This document shows positions 17,860 to 27,853 of a DNA stretch of 64,000 nucleotides, one piece after another. A program made the position numbers and the translations under genes. Position 1 is the first letter of the stretch. Every line of letters starts with the position of its first letter. The notes below the pieces were generated by a model. The model saw nothing but the letters and a program-made list of their open reading frames with translations. It had not been told where the DNA came from and made no database searches. Origin of the DNA: Actinomycetes bacterium (GTDB taxonomy: Bacteria; Actinomycetota; Acidimicrobiia; Acidimicrobiales; SZUA-35); assembly GCA_024276425.1 (NCBI GenBank), contig JAJRXF010000188.1, positions 5,545 through 69,544 on the forward strand, given 5' to 3'.

Positions 17860-18252
17860 GTGAATCGTCGAATCCGCTTCCCCGCCCTCGCCGTCAGTCT
17901 GGTCCTCATCGCCGCTGGCTGTGCCGGTTCTGACCCGAACGAGGCAGCAGATGTGACCAGCTTGCCCTACGTGGAGCAGCTACCCGATGAGGACGTGCTC
18001 ATGGCAGCAGCCACCGACCTGACCCCCGAAGAGCGGTCGCTCGTCGAGTTTGAGGCCGATTGGATTTGTGAGGTGCAAAACAACACTTTTGAATCTAATG
18101 ACGCCATCGGCGACGCTCTCGATCAGAGGCTTGCGGACTTTGGCATCGACGAAGAGACCTATGGAGGCTTCCGGGAGCGGATCAACCAGGACGAGGCAAT
18201 CCGCGCCGCCATCTTGTCCACCTATCGCACTGCCTGCATTCTCGGCCGCTAA
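17860..18252 (+). CDS. Hypothetical lipoprotein
   Basis: 130 aa. Signal peptide with lipobox LIAAGC. Confidence 0.55.
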   Translation: MNRRIRFPALAVSLVLIAAGCAGSDPNEAADVTSLPYVEQLPDEDVLMAAATDLTPEERSLVEFEADWICEVQNNTFESNDAIGDALDQRLADFGIDEETYGGFRERINQDEAIRAAILSTYRTACILGR

Positions 18253-18267
18253 CGGGTAGGCCTGGTG

Positions 18268-21200
18268 CTAGGCCGGCCACATCGTCTCAATAAAGGTCAA
18301 AAGGTCCTCCGCAATACTGTCCTTATTGCGTAACCCGATCTGTACCTGCCCACCCTGATCGTCGTACTCTTCCGCTTTCCACACCCCCTTGGGAAAGAGG
18401 CGCTCGAAACGAATTTCCTGGCTTACCTTCATCGTTACCGGCCCCAGCTTGGCCACCCAAGCTGGGCCACCAAACCCCGGCCCCTTGATGACCACAATGT
18501 CGAGGATTCCCACCCGAACGCAGGCCGCCCGTAGTACGGCCACTTGTAAGAGGCGGTCGGCAAGCATTGGAACCGGACCAAACCGATCATTCCATTCCAA
18601 CCGGATGTCATCGACTTCGGCTAGAGATTGTACTGCGGCCAGTCTCCGATATGCCTCAAGTCGACGGGCATCCGAAGCGATGTAGTCGCTGGGAATGTTG
18701 GCGTCGATTGGTAGATCGATCTTGATCTCAACCTCAACTTGTGGCGCGGTTCCGTTAAGTTCGGCGACGGCTTCGGTCACCAGTTGGCAGTACAAGTCGT
18801 AGCCAACAGCGGCGATATGGCCGGTTTGCCCGACCCCAAGAAGGTTGCCGGCTCCACGAATCTCCAGATCCCGCATAGCAATTTTGAATCCCGATCCCAG
18901 TTCCGTCGCCTCACCAATGGTCTTGAGACGTTCGTAGGCCTCCTCGGACAAGGAAGCGCCCGGACGAGTGAACAAATAGGCATAGGCGCGCTGGCCGGAC
19001 CGGCCAACGCGACCCCGAAGCTGGTGAAGCTGACCTAGACCCAACAGCTCGGCCCGATCGACAACCAGGGTGTTCACCGTTGGCATGTCAATTCCCGACT
19101 CAATAATGGTGGTGCAAACCAAAACGTCGTATTCACCCTCCCAGAAGTCCAGAACGACCTTCTCCAAGGTTCCTTCGTCCATCTGGCCGTGGGCGATGGC
19201 AATTCGGGCCTCCGGGACCAGATCTCGAAGCTCATTCGCGACCTTGTCGATGCTCTGCACCCGGTTGTGAACAAAAAAGACTTGGCCCTCCCGTAGTAGT
19301 TCTCGACGAATTGCCTCGGCTACCGGACGTTCGTCGTAGTCACCCACATAGGTAAGAATTGGCTGGCGGTCCGCTGGCGGGGTATTGAGCAAGGACAGGT
19401 CGCGGATCCCGGTTAGGCTCATTTCCAAGGTGCGTGGGATTGGGGTGGCCGTAAGCGTCAGAACGTCAACGTTGGCCTTGAACTGCTTAATTGACTCCTT
19501 GTGGGAGACCCCGAAGCGTTGCTCCTCATCCACAACCAGAAGGCCAAGATTGGGCATCTTTACGTCGTCGGACAAAAGACGGTGAGTCCCAATCAGCACG
19601 TCAACCTCGCCCGCCTCGGTGGCCCGAACAACCTCACGGGCCTGTTTCGGCGTCAAGAACCGGCTAAGAACCTCGACCCGAACGGGGTAGGGAGCAAACC
19701 GATCGCTGAACGTTTGGAAGTGCTGCTGGGCCAGAAGCGTGGTTGGTACCAGAATTGCGACCTGCTTACCTGCCTGCACGGCCTTGAAACTGGCCTGAAC
19801 TGCAATTTCGGTCTTACCGAAACCGACATCGCCCACGACCAGGCGATCCATGGGGACCGGTCGCTCCATGTCCTCACCAATGCTGGCAATGGCTTCGGCC
19901 TGGTCGGGAGTCAGCTCGTAAGGGAAGGCATCGGCCAGCTCACGCTGCCATGGAGTATCCGGACCGAAGGCAATCCCCTCCGCGGACATCCGCTGTTGAT
20001 AAAGAACAACAAGTTCCTGGGCGATCTCCTCGACGGCACTTCGAACCTTCGCCTTGGATTTGGCAAAGTCGCTGCCACCGAGACGATGAAGGGCCGGAGA
20101 GTCCCCTCCGGTGTAGGCCCGGATGAGATCGATCTGGTCCGAGGGTACATACAGCTTGTCATCACCACGGTATTCGAGCAGTAGATAGTCGCGCTCATGC
20201 CCGCCAATGGCTCGGGTGACCATTCCGGCAAACTTCCCAACCCCATGTTGATGGTGGACTACCAAACCGCCGATTCGAAGATCATCAAAGAAGCCCTCGC
20301 TTTGACGCTTGCGGGGTTTGACCTTGCGATGGGCTCTGCGGCGACCGGTGAGTTCTGCCTCGGTCAGAATGGCAACACCAACGGAAGGAAGTATGGCTCC
20401 TCGCTCCACGGAGGCCACAACCAGGTGAGCGCCTGGTGTGAACTCGTCGGGAATGGTCGTTCCGTGGTTGGTTGGCCGTATGCCCCACTCGGTGAGGAAC
20501 TCCAGTAGACGAGCGGCGGAACCAAGCCCATCAGCGGTCACGATGACGCGCGCACCATCGAACAACAATCGCTGGAGTCTGGCTGCCAGCGCCTCCCCCG
20601 GAGCGTCCCAGCCGGACGCGTCAAGGACTGCTACATCAGGGCTCTCCGGGGTAGCGGTGACCGAAACGATTGGAGCCCCGGTTTTACCCAACAATCGATC
20701 GTAGGGCACGTGAAGTCGAGGGAACTCTGGATGGTCTTCGCCGTCTGACACCGCGCCCCATGTTCGGGCCAGGGTCTCGGCCAGGTCGGTTTCTTCGGCC
20801 ATAAGATCGACTCCGCGATCCCGCATTCGCCGAGGTTCGATCAAAACGACAAGCGAATCGTCCCCCATCAAATCGGGAAGTACTCGCTCGGTTGGGCTAA
20901 GCCAGGGAAGCCAAGACTCCATTCCATCAAAGTGCTCACCACGCGACAAACGATCCCACTGTTCGATGCCCCAGGGCGCCTCCGCTACCAACTCCGCTGC
21001 TCGCTGGCGAATTTCGTTGTTGGGAAGAAGCTCACGGCAAGGGAAAATCTCGATCTCAGCGATGTCGACTGTCGAACGCTGATCGGAGACACTAAAGAGT
21101 GCCAGCCGGTCGACTTCATCGCCCCACAGGTCAATTCGTACCGGCCCATCCGCCGTGGAAGGAAAAACATCGACGATGGAGCCTCGTACCGCAATTTCTC

Positions 21201-21708
21201 CCCGGTGCTCCACCTGGGGTTCACGCCGATAACCAGCACCAACCAAACGAGCAGCCAGATCCTGGGGATCGATCACATCTCCACTCCCAATAATGACGGG
21301 ATCCACCTCTTCAACGTGGGGGCCAAGCCGCTGGATCAATGCTCTTACAGGAGCGACAACGACGCGGGGACATTTCTCGGGGTCTTGGAGGTGCCACAAC
21401 GTACGCAACCGCTGTCCCATTGCCTCGATGGAGGGACTAACCCGCTCAAAGGGAAGGGTTTCCCACGCCGGGAACGAAAGAACTTCGTCTCCTCCGAGTA
21501 ACACACCCAGATCGTTCGCCAGCCGATCGGCTTCAGCCGTCGTCGGCACCGCCACCAGAACCGGACGCCGCTCCGATCCCTCCGCGAGAGCCGAGATAGC
21601 AAGGGCTCGAGCTGGTTCGGGCATAGCCAAAACCGTGGTTGCCCGGCCAATCACTCGTTCCAAGGATGGATCGTCGGCGACCAGCCGTGGAAGACGTCGG
21701 AAACTCAC
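18268..21708 (-). CDS. mfd: Transcription-repair coupling factor
   Basis: 1146 aa. Superfamily-2 helicase motifs ([32 protein letters not shown]) plus CarD-like and TRG regions. Confidence 0.95.
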   Translation of the reverse strand: MSFRRLPRLVADDPSLERVIGRATTVLAMPEPARALAISALAEGSERRPVLVAVPTTAEADRLANDLGVLLGGDEVLSFPAWETLPFERVSPSIEAMGQRLRTLWHLQDPEKCPRVVVAPVRALIQRLGPHVEEVDPVIIGSGDVIDPQDLAARLVGAGYRREPQVEHRGEIAVRGSIVDVFPSTADGPVRIDLWGDEVDRLALFSVSDQRSTVDIAEIEIFPCRELLPNNEIRQRAAELVAEAPWGIEQWDRLSRGEHFDGMESWLPWLSPTERVLPDLMGDDSLVVLIEPRRMRDRGVDLMAEETDLAETLARTWGAVSDGEDHPEFPRLHVPYDRLLGKTGAPIVSVTATPESPDVAVLDASGWDAPGEALAARLQRLLFDGARVIVTADGLGSAARLLEFLTEWGIRPTNHGTTIPDEFTPGAHLVVASVERGAILPSVGVAILTEAELTGRRRAHRKVKPRKRQSEGFFDDLRIGGLVVHHQHGVGKFAGMVTRAIGGHERDYLLLEYRGDDKLYVPSDQIDLIRAYTGGDSPALHRLGGSDFAKSKAKVRSAVEEIAQELVVLYQQRMSAEGIAFGPDTPWQRELADAFPYELTPDQAEAIASIGEDMERPVPMDRLVVGDVGFGKTEIAVQASFKAVQAGKQVAILVPTTLLAQQHFQTFSDRFAPYPVRVEVLSRFLTPKQAREVVRATEAGEVDVLIGTHRLLSDDVKMPNLGLLVVDEEQRFGVSHKESIKQFKANVDVLTLTATPIPRTLEMSLTGIRDLSLLNTPPADRQPILTYVGDYDERPVAEAIRRELLREGQVFFVHNRVQSIDKVANELRDLVPEARIAIAHGQMDEGTLEKVVLDFWEGEYDVLVCTTIIESGIDMPTVNTLVVDRAELLGLGQLHQLRGRVGRSGQRAYAYLFTRPGASLSEEAYERLKTIGEATELGSGFKIAMRDLEIRGAGNLLGVGQTGHIAAVGYDLYCQLVTEAVAELNGTAPQVEVEIKIDLPIDANIPSDYIASDARRLEAYRRLAAVQSLAEVDDIRLEWNDRFGPVPMLADRLLQVAVLRAACVRVGILDIVVIKGPGFGGPAWVAKLGPVTMKVSQEIRFERLFPKGVWKAEEYDDQGGQVQIGLRNKDSIAEDLLTFIETMWPA

Positions 21709-21717
21709 CGGGCCAGG

Positions 21718-22260
21718 CTAGGCCCCGATACGGAGAACCCAGCGAAGTCCACGGTGGGTCATGGTAATCATCCACCCTCCAAGGACCCCAAGGGTAATGC
21801 CCATGATGTTGGCGACGAGGTCTTCCAGGCTCGTGCTCCGGGTGGAAGAAAGCAATGGCTGGGCGTATTCCACTCCCGCCGAGATCGCTCCAAGACCAGC
21901 AATCAGAAACAATCCGCTGTCGCGGCGGCCAATGGCAAACCAACCGAGAAATCCTGCCAAGCCCCACATCAGGAAGTGCCCAACCGAATCGGAGGCCAGA
22001 GGTATATCACTACGGTCCAAAAGGTCGAGGCCCGAGCGGGCCTCTGCCATACGACCAAACCAGCGAACTCGGACGAAAGCTAAACCTGGTGCTCGATCGC
22101 TAAAAGACAGCCCAACCATGGCGACTCCTAGTCCGAGGACCGCCAAGCGAACTACCCAGCGAAAAGCAAACAGGGTCCGGCACCGAAGGACGACCAAGCG
22201 CGATGGGCTGGGCCTGGTACCCCGGCCGGGATTGGATCGCCGTGACTTCTTCCTACGCAT
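21718..22260 (-). CDS. VanZ-like membrane protein
   Basis: 180 aa, four hydrophobic spans. VEYAQPLLSSTRSTSLEDLVANIMGITLG matches the VanZ E..Q...R....D...N..G pattern. Confidence 0.6.
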   Translation of the reverse strand: MRRKKSRRSNPGRGTRPSPSRLVVLRCRTLFAFRWVVRLAVLGLGVAMVGLSFSDRAPGLAFVRVRWFGRMAEARSGLDLLDRSDIPLASDSVGHFLMWGLAGFLGWFAIGRRDSGLFLIAGLGAISAGVEYAQPLLSSTRSTSLEDLVANIMGITLGVLGGWMITMTHRGLRWVLRIGA

Positions 22261-22392
22261 TCCATCAGCATAGGAACCTCACTCTGAGCAGTTGGCGCGG
22301 GCCGCTAGGCAGTTGTACCGACACGAACCCCTGACCGTCAGGGATCGGCCACAAGGTAGGGAGCCGTTGTCAAATCCGTCTCCGAGTCAGGC

Positions 22393-23019
22393 TCAGGACC
22401 TTCGCTGATTAACCACGTTCATGGTGGCGTCAAGCCCATCGGAAAGAAGCATCTCGACGGCATCTGCCGCCTCGGAGATTGCTTGGTCAAGGACTACCCG
22501 ATCTGCCTTAGAGGGGCGACGCAGCACCCAATCTCGTCCAGCTTGAGATGCTGGTGGCTTACCAACCCCAATCCTGAGACGGATGAAGTCGGTGGTTCCA
22601 AGGTGCTGAGTGATCGACCGAAGCCCATTGTGACCAGCCAGTCCACCCCCACCTTTCATCTTCAGACGTCCCGGATCAAGATCGAGCTCATCGTGGACAA
22701 TAGCCAGTCGCTCACCGTCCTCAATTCCGTATCGTCTCGTGAGCAGTCGAACCGACTCTCCCGAATTGTTCATGAAAGTCAGAGGAAAGGCAACCGCGAG
22801 CCGCTTGTCCCCCACCCGAAGCTCGGCCGCAAGGGCGCGTTCTTTGGTTTTGGTCAGACGTTGGCCATGACGCTTCGCCAAACAGGCAACGACATCGGCA
22901 CCAATATTGTGTCGAGTGTTCTCGAATTCTGAACCCGGGTTTCCCAAGCCGACAAGCAACAGGTCGGCTGGGGTGCCGCGACGCTTTTGTTCGCCCGGAG
23001 GACGAGGCAGCCGCGACAC
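22393..23019 (-). CDS. pth: Peptidyl-tRNA hydrolase
   Basis: LLVGLGNPGSEFENTRHNIG signature; 208 aa. Confidence 0.92.
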   Translation of the reverse strand: MSRLPRPPGEQKRRGTPADLLLVGLGNPGSEFENTRHNIGADVVACLAKRHGQRLTKTKERALAAELRVGDKRLAVAFPLTFMNNSGESVRLLTRRYGIEDGERLAIVHDELDLDPGRLKMKGGGGLAGHNGLRSITQHLGTTDFIRLRIGVGKPPASQAGRDWVLRRPSKADRVVLDQAISEAADAVEMLLSDGLDATMNVVNQRRS

Positions 23020-23028
23020 CGATCAGGC

Positions 23029-23685
23029 CTACTCGGAGTCGCCCTCGGAGTCGGCCGAAGCCTCGCCCGTCTCTTCGCCCTCTTCGCCCATTAACTCTTC
23101 GTCCTCTTCGCCCTCTTCATCAGACTTGAGACCGCGAGGAACAACAGTGGCAGCAACAGTGATCTTGCCGAGAACCTTGGTGGTCACGCCTTCGGGCAGG
23201 ACGATGTCCGATAGTGCCAGGCGGGCGTCAATGGTCATAGCCGAAACATCGACCTCAAGCTGGTTCGGGATGCGGTTCGGAGCACAGGAGATGTTCAGGC
23301 TATGCATTTTCTGTTCAACCATGCCTCCGGACTCCGCCACCTCACGGGCCGTGCCAGTAAGCACTACCGGTACGGTCACATTAATACGGTGGTCATTCGA
23401 TACCCGGAGGAAGTCGGCGTGGACGGCTCGACGTTTGATCGGGTCACGCTGCACGTCGCGTACAACGACCTCTTCCTCGTCGCCATCGACGCTCAGGGTG
23501 AACACGGTATTCAGTCCGGCATCGGTCTTGAGGGCATCCCGGAGTTCGTCGTAGGCGACCTCCACAGGGATCGGGTCCTTGCCCAACCCATACAGGACAC
23601 CAGGCAATTGACCGGCAGCCCGGAGGCGCCGAGATGCGGCCGAGCCTGTGGCGCGTCCGGTGGTGGCTTTGACGACTGTTGACAT
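23029..23685 (-). CDS. rplY: 50S ribosomal protein L25 / general stress protein Ctc
   Basis: 218 aa. RRLRAAGQLPGVLYG N-terminus and an acidic C-terminal tail. Conserved position between prs and pth. Confidence 0.9.
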   Translation of the reverse strand: MSTVVKATTGRATGSAASRRLRAAGQLPGVLYGLGKDPIPVEVAYDELRDALKTDAGLNTVFTLSVDGDEEEVVVRDVQRDPIKRRAVHADFLRVSNDHRINVTVPVVLTGTAREVAESGGMVEQKMHSLNISCAPNRIPNQLEVDVSAMTIDARLALSDIVLPEGVTTKVLGKITVAATVVPRGLKSDEEGEEDEELMGEEGEETGEASADSEGDSE

Positions 23686-23748
23686 GATGATCCTTGAGAA
23701 ACGAACGCTGCCCTATGGACAGACATAGACGACAGAGGCTACCGGGAT

Positions 23749-24759
23749 TTAGTTCTGGTTGTGACCGTCGAAAATCTGACTAACCGAAGAGTCTTCGAAG
23801 ACGGCGCGAATTGTCTGGGCAATCAGTGGCGCTATTGATAAAACGACGAGCTTGTCGAACCGCTTCTTTGGAGGAAGGGGAAGCGTGTCGGTGACGATGA
23901 CCTTGTCTATGACCGAGTCTATGACCGACTTCGCCAGCCGCTCAACCGCTGGGCCGCTGAAAACTGCGTGAGTGGCCGCACAAACCACTGACCGGGCTCC
24001 ACGCTCCTTGAGCAACTCGGCGGCCGAACAAATTGTGCCTGCGGTGTCAATCATGTCATCAATGAGGACACAGTCTCGGCCATCCACTTCACCAACAACA
24101 TCCTTGGCCTCAACGGAATTCTTGAGACCCTTCAGCCTGCGCTTGTGCACGATTGCCAGGTCGGCGTTCAATTTTTGGGTGTAGCGCTCGGCAACTTTGA
24201 CTCGCCCGGCATCAGGAGAGACAACAACGAGGTTGTTGCCGATCTCGGTCCGCAGATAGTTAACCAAAACCGGCATTGCAGTCAGATGATCAACCGGACC
24301 GTTGAAGAACCCTTGGATCTGACCAGAGTGCAAATCGACCGACATCAGACGGGAGGCGCCGGCCGCAGCGAACATATCGGCCACCAATCGGGCTGTGATC
24401 GGCTCGCGACCCTCTGACTTGCGGTCCTGACGGGCATAACCGTAGAACGGAAGCACCGCAGTGATCCGGTTGGCCGATGCCCGTCTGGCTGCATCCACCA
24501 TGATCAGGTGTTCCATAATGGAATCGTTGAGGGAATGCCCATCCACGGTTGAGTGGCTTTGAAAGATGAACACGTCCGAACCACGAATCGACTCGGAGAA
24601 CCGGCAATGGGTCTCGCCATTGGCGAACTGAGCCAGATGAGATTCGGTCACCTTGATCCCAAGATGCTCGGCCACATGTTCGGCTAGGACGTGGTTGTGA
24701 CGACCCGCAAAAAGATGCAGCGTCTTCCTGGTAACGGCTTCCATGTATACCCCTGACAA
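23749..24759 (-). CDS. prs: Ribose-phosphate pyrophosphokinase
   Basis: FANGETHCRF, YGYARQDRK and the PRPP-binding loop VLIDDMIDTAGT. The start may be the internal ATG at 24744. Confidence 0.92.
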   Translation of the reverse strand: MSGVYMEAVTRKTLHLFAGRHNHVLAEHVAEHLGIKVTESHLAQFANGETHCRFSESIRGSDVFIFQSHSTVDGHSLNDSIMEHLIMVDAARRASANRITAVLPFYGYARQDRKSEGREPITARLVADMFAAAGASRLMSVDLHSGQIQGFFNGPVDHLTAMPVLVNYLRTEIGNNLVVVSPDAGRVKVAERYTQKLNADLAIVHKRRLKGLKNSVEAKDVVGEVDGRDCVLIDDMIDTAGTICSAAELLKERGARSVVCAATHAVFSGPAVERLAKSVIDSVIDKVIVTDTLPLPPKKRFDKLVVLSIAPLIAQTIRAVFEDSSVSQIFDGHNQN

Positions 24760-24837
24760 CTCAGCCCAATCGAGTAGAAACTAGCTTCTGCCGGGGAGCA
24801 GCATAGGAGGGTCAGGTAGCGGTGCCATCATCAAGTT

Positions 24838-24860
24838 CCAGCCGCCACCTCGGCGGCTGG
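24838..24860 (-). terminator. Perfect 9-bp stem / 5-nt loop hairpin between tRNA-Gln and prs (possible U-tract-less terminator or processing signal)
   Basis: CCAGCCGCC-ACCTC-GGCGGCTGG read directly from the sequence. No U-tract follows on the minus strand. Confidence 0.3.
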
Positions 24861-24932
24861 TTCTGGCTCCATGGCGAACTGTACGGACCGGAGCAAGATC
24901 GGGGCCACGAACAGATCTTCGTGTGCGAATTG

Positions 24933-25005
24933 CTCCCGGGGTTGGGTTCGAACCAACGACGACCGGATTCAAAGTCCGGCGTTCTGCCAACTGAACTACC
25001 CGGGA
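24933..25005 (-). tRNA. tRNA-Gln (anticodon UUG)
   Basis: Hand-folded cloverleaf:
- acceptor TCCCGGG/CCCGGGA
- D stem GTTC/GAAC
- anticodon stem CCGGA/TCCGG with loop CTTTGAA
- T stem GTTGG/CCAAC with loop TTCGAAC
- discriminator G
Length 73 nt; CCA is not encoded. Confidence 0.92.
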
Positions 25006-25118
25006 ATGTGAGCCACAGACTATCGGAGGTAACCCCCACTTTGAGATCTTTCGCGTGAAGGAACACTTGACCGGATGGGTTGCGCACCCATCGTGAGCCG
25101 CTAGCCTTTGGCCGCATA

Positions 25119-25217
25119 TGGGATCGCTGATTAAGAAGCGCCGCAAGCGCATGCGTAAGAAAAAGCACCGCAAGCTCCTTAAGAGGACTCGCGTGCAACG
25201 CCGCAACAAGAAGTAGG
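25119..25217 (+). CDS. Small basic ribosomal protein bS22-like (32 aa)
   Basis: Below the ORF-track size cut-off. Translation is [32 protein letters not shown]. As I recall it, this closely matches the mycobacterial bS22 sequence ([29 protein letters not shown]...). Confidence 0.8.
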
Positions 25218-25273
25218 CGCCAACAAAGGGCATTTGCTGGCAACTTGGCTGTGACACCTTTGTTTCAGCGGGA

Positions 25274-26086
25274 TTAGCAGGTTGATGGAGACCACCCAGA
25301 GCGGGTGGTCTTTGTCGTTAGCCGTCTCGGTCCTGGAAAGTGGCCGCGAACAAACCAGGTAGAGCCGCTGCCAGCCAGCGTGGGTCGCTGACCAGACTCC
25401 TCGGCAAGCTCGTCCCGCCAGCGTGTCAGTTCCGGGGCAACAGTTAGCGCCGCCGCTTCAAGGTCATTTGGGCTTTCGTAATTGCGGGGGCCTCCCAAAT
25501 GGTCCCAGGCTCGGTACACCTCTGGCGTTGGGCAGGGCACCGGGGGGGTCACGAGCGTTAGATCCATGTCCAGGTGAGGCAAGGGCTCGACTCGTTCGCC
25601 AATACCCGAGACCCTGGCCCGACCCCCAACTAGACAAAAGGCAACATCGGCTCCCAGACTGGCCGCTCGGAGAAGATCCTCTTCCGATGTTGGGTCAAAG
25701 CCAGCCCACCGCAGAATGGCACCAGCGTCGGACGAGCCCCCTCCCAGCCCAGCTTGGGAGGGAATTCGCTTGGTCAAGGCAACCCCAGCCGTTCGGCCCG
25801 CTAGAGACATTGCGCGCAAAACCAGGTTGTCTGCACCAGCTGGTATGTCAATGCCTCCCCCTTTGATGGCAAGTCCCTCTCCTTTGGAGTCAATTTCAAT
25901 GGAGTCGTGGAGATCAAGGGTGACCATCTCGGCTTCAATGAGATGCAGCCCATCCGCTCGTCGACCAACCATTCGAAGGCTGAGTGTCAACTTGGCGGGT
26001 GCCACCAGACGAACTTTTTCTCCCAACCGCCCTTGGGGGGAGTCTGTTGGGTCGCCATCATCGCCAAGGGAGAACCTCCCATTCAT
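25274..26086 (-). CDS. ispE: 4-diphosphocytidyl-2-C-methyl-D-erythritol kinase
   Basis: APAKLTLSL start, GHMP-kinase loop IPSQAGLGGGSSDA. I prefer the ATG at 26086, which forms an ATGA overlap with the rsmA stop. The track start at 26110 overlaps rsmA by 28 nt. Confidence 0.9.
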   Translation of the reverse strand: MNGRFSLGDDGDPTDSPQGRLGEKVRLVAPAKLTLSLRMVGRRADGLHLIEAEMVTLDLHDSIEIDSKGEGLAIKGGGIDIPAGADNLVLRAMSLAGRTAGVALTKRIPSQAGLGGGSSDAGAILRWAGFDPTSEEDLLRAASLGADVAFCLVGGRARVSGIGERVEPLPHLDMDLTLVTPPVPCPTPEVYRAWDHLGGPRNYESPNDLEAAALTVAPELTRWRDELAEESGQRPTLAGSGSTWFVRGHFPGPRRLTTKTTRSGWSPSTC

Positions 26087-26892
26087 GAGATGCCCCCCAG
26101 TAGTCCCCATTGCCCAAGCGTAAGAGCCTCTGCTCGCAAGGTGGGGTCGACTCCAGCGGACAAAATCTGTTCTTCGGACACGAAAGCTGACAGACTCCGC
26201 CGAATCATCTTACGTCGCTGCCCAAATCCGGCCCGAACCAAACGAAGAAGAGGAGCAAACTCTGCGTCGATCATCGGTGTCGGGCTGCGCTCGATTCTGA
26301 CCAGAACAGAATCAACGTTCGGCTTGGGAAGAAAGACTTGATTCGGGACATGGCCAACCACCCGGGCACTCCCCCAATACGAGGTGATCACCGATGGAAT
26401 GCCACACCCCTTTTCCCCCGGCTGAGCTGCAAGACGATAGCCGACTTCGGCCTGAACCATCACGAGATATTGGGTGATCTGGCCGACTTCACTCAGAAGA
26501 TCCAGGACCAGGGATGTGCCAACATTGTATGGCAGGTTGGCTACCAGGTGCCATTGGCTGTCACCGAGCTCGGTACTCCAGTCAACGTTGTTAGCGTCCG
26601 CATTGAGCACCCGAACCGGCTTTCCCTCAACCACCTCAGACAGTGCGGGAATAAGATAGCGGTCGATCTCGATAGCCAACACCGAGGCGCCAGCCTCAAC
26701 TAGTCCCAGGCTTAGTGAGCCCAGTCCCGGCCCGATTTCGACCACTTGGTCGCCTGATCTCAGCTCGGCTAGGCGGACGATTTTCTGGATCGTGCCGGGA
26801 TCGCAAACAAAGTTTTGGCCAAGGGCACGGCTCGGTTGGAGTCCGTGGCGGTCCATGAGCTCGCGCACAGCTGTCCGCGTCAGAAGCTTCAT
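26083..26892 (-). CDS. rsmA: 16S rRNA (adenine1518/1519-N6)-dimethyltransferase
   Basis: LGQNFV, VVEIGPGLGSLS (SAM motif), NLPYNV. Confidence 0.92.
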   Translation of the reverse strand: MKLLTRTAVRELMDRHGLQPSRALGQNFVCDPGTIQKIVRLAELRSGDQVVEIGPGLGSLSLGLVEAGASVLAIEIDRYLIPALSEVVEGKPVRVLNADANNVDWSTELGDSQWHLVANLPYNVGTSLVLDLLSEVGQITQYLVMVQAEVGYRLAAQPGEKGCGIPSVITSYWGSARVVGHVPNQVFLPKPNVDSVLVRIERSPTPMIDAEFAPLLRLVRAGFGQRRKMIRRSLSAFVSEEQILSAGVDPTLRAEALTLGQWGLLGGIS

Positions 26893-26901
26893 GTCGCAAC
26901 C

Positions 26902-27795
26902 CTAGGGCTTTGGCGGCAAATACCTTCCACAAGAGGGCCAGGGAGCCGGCCCACGACTCCGCCAAAGTGCCAGCGCGAGGGCATCCTGGTCGGCCGGGCT
27001 GGCTTCGCTGGGTTTCACACCCACCAGGTCCGGTCGGCCAACGGCATTGGCAACACCATCCCAGGTGGGAATACCAAACTGGTAGGCGCCATGATAACGG
27101 CCGGTCCGATTGACAATGGAATAGTTGCCACCCGACTCACACTGTCTTAGCTGGGCCCATTGTTCGGGCGATGGTGTTGGCGATGCCGTTGTTGGCGGAG
27201 CGGTCGCTGGGGGAGAGGTGGTTTGGGGGGTTTCGGTAACCGGTGGATCCGATGATGGGGTTGTTGGAGGATGGGTGGCCGGAGCGGCCGTTGTTGGAGG
27301 ATGGGTGGTCGGTGGCGCCGTTGCGGGAGCGGCCGTTGTCGGAGGATGGGTGGTCGGTGGCGCCGTTGTGGGAGCGGCCACCGAAGTCGATGGGGAGATC
27401 GTAGTTGGCGTGCTCTCCAGTGTCGTTGCGGGGGAGATCTCTGATGTCTCCCCTTGTGAATCCGGCACTCGGGAGTCTTGCTCAAGAGGGGCGGCCACCT
27501 GTGCACCAGCTTGGAACAGACTTGAGTCATCGCCGGCATCAAAAAGAGAACTGCTCGTACTTTCCTCTGGCGATGTTGTTGTGCTCGGTGGCTCGCTCTC
27601 GGGAAGCGACATCGAGATGGCGAGAAGATCTTCGCCACTCCCCTCGGCTCCACCAGACAACAGAACAGGCACCGCGACCAATGTCGACAAGATCGCAAAC
27701 ACGATTCCAATCGGACTCACTGATTTGGATTGCTCCGGAGGGAACTCTGGAGACCCCAGTCGCTGGGGTGCGCTGGGCACAGATCGACTACGCAC
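26902..27795 (-). CDS. rpf: Resuscitation-promoting factor (Rpf transglycosylase domain) with membrane anchor and Pro/Thr-rich linker
   Basis: C-terminal WAQLRQCESGGNYSIVNRTGRYHGAYQFGIPTWD...WPSCG is the Rpf lysozyme-like domain. N-terminal hydrophobic anchor. Conserved position upstream of rsmA-ispE, as for mycobacterial rpfB. Confidence 0.88.
   Translation of the reverse strand: MRSRSVPSAPQRLGSPEFPPEQSKSVSPIGIVFAILSTLVAVPVLLSGGAEGSGEDLLAISMSLPESEPPSTTTSPEESTSSSLFDAGDDSSLFQAGAQVAAPLEQDSRVPDSQGETSEISPATTLESTPTTISPSTSVAAPTTAPPTTHPPTTAAPATAPPTTHPPTTAAPATHPPTTPSSDPPVTETPQTTSPPATAPPTTASPTPSPEQWAQLRQCESGGNYSIVNRTGRYHGAYQFGIPTWDGVANAVGRPDLVGVKPSEASPADQDALALALWRSRGPAPWPSCGRYLPPKP
27281..27370 (-). 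repeat. 45-bp in-frame tandem repeat x2 (plus partial flanking copies) in the rpf linker; encodes APPTTHPPTTAAPAT modules
   Basis: Units 27281..27325 and 27326..27370 differ at 2 positions. Partial copies are visible at 27261..27280 and from 27371. Confidence 0.85.
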
Positions 27796-27853
27796 GACCG
27801 AGACCGTAACGGGCCTCGTAACACAACCGCAACATCACAGTGTGGTGAGGCGT

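Noticed and set aside
24760-25273. tRNA-Gln as a possible integration hotspot or genomic-island boundary
   Set aside because: No integrase, no direct repeat of the tRNA 3' end and no compositional shift were seen on either side. The flanking genes (prs, the bS22-like ORF, ispE) are core genes in conserved order.
25218-25273. Inverted repeat AACAAAGG...CCTTTGTT after the bS22-like ORF as an intrinsic terminator
   Set aside because: The arms are 8 bp but separated by a loop of about 27 nt, and the trailing T-run is only 3 nt. This is too weak to call.
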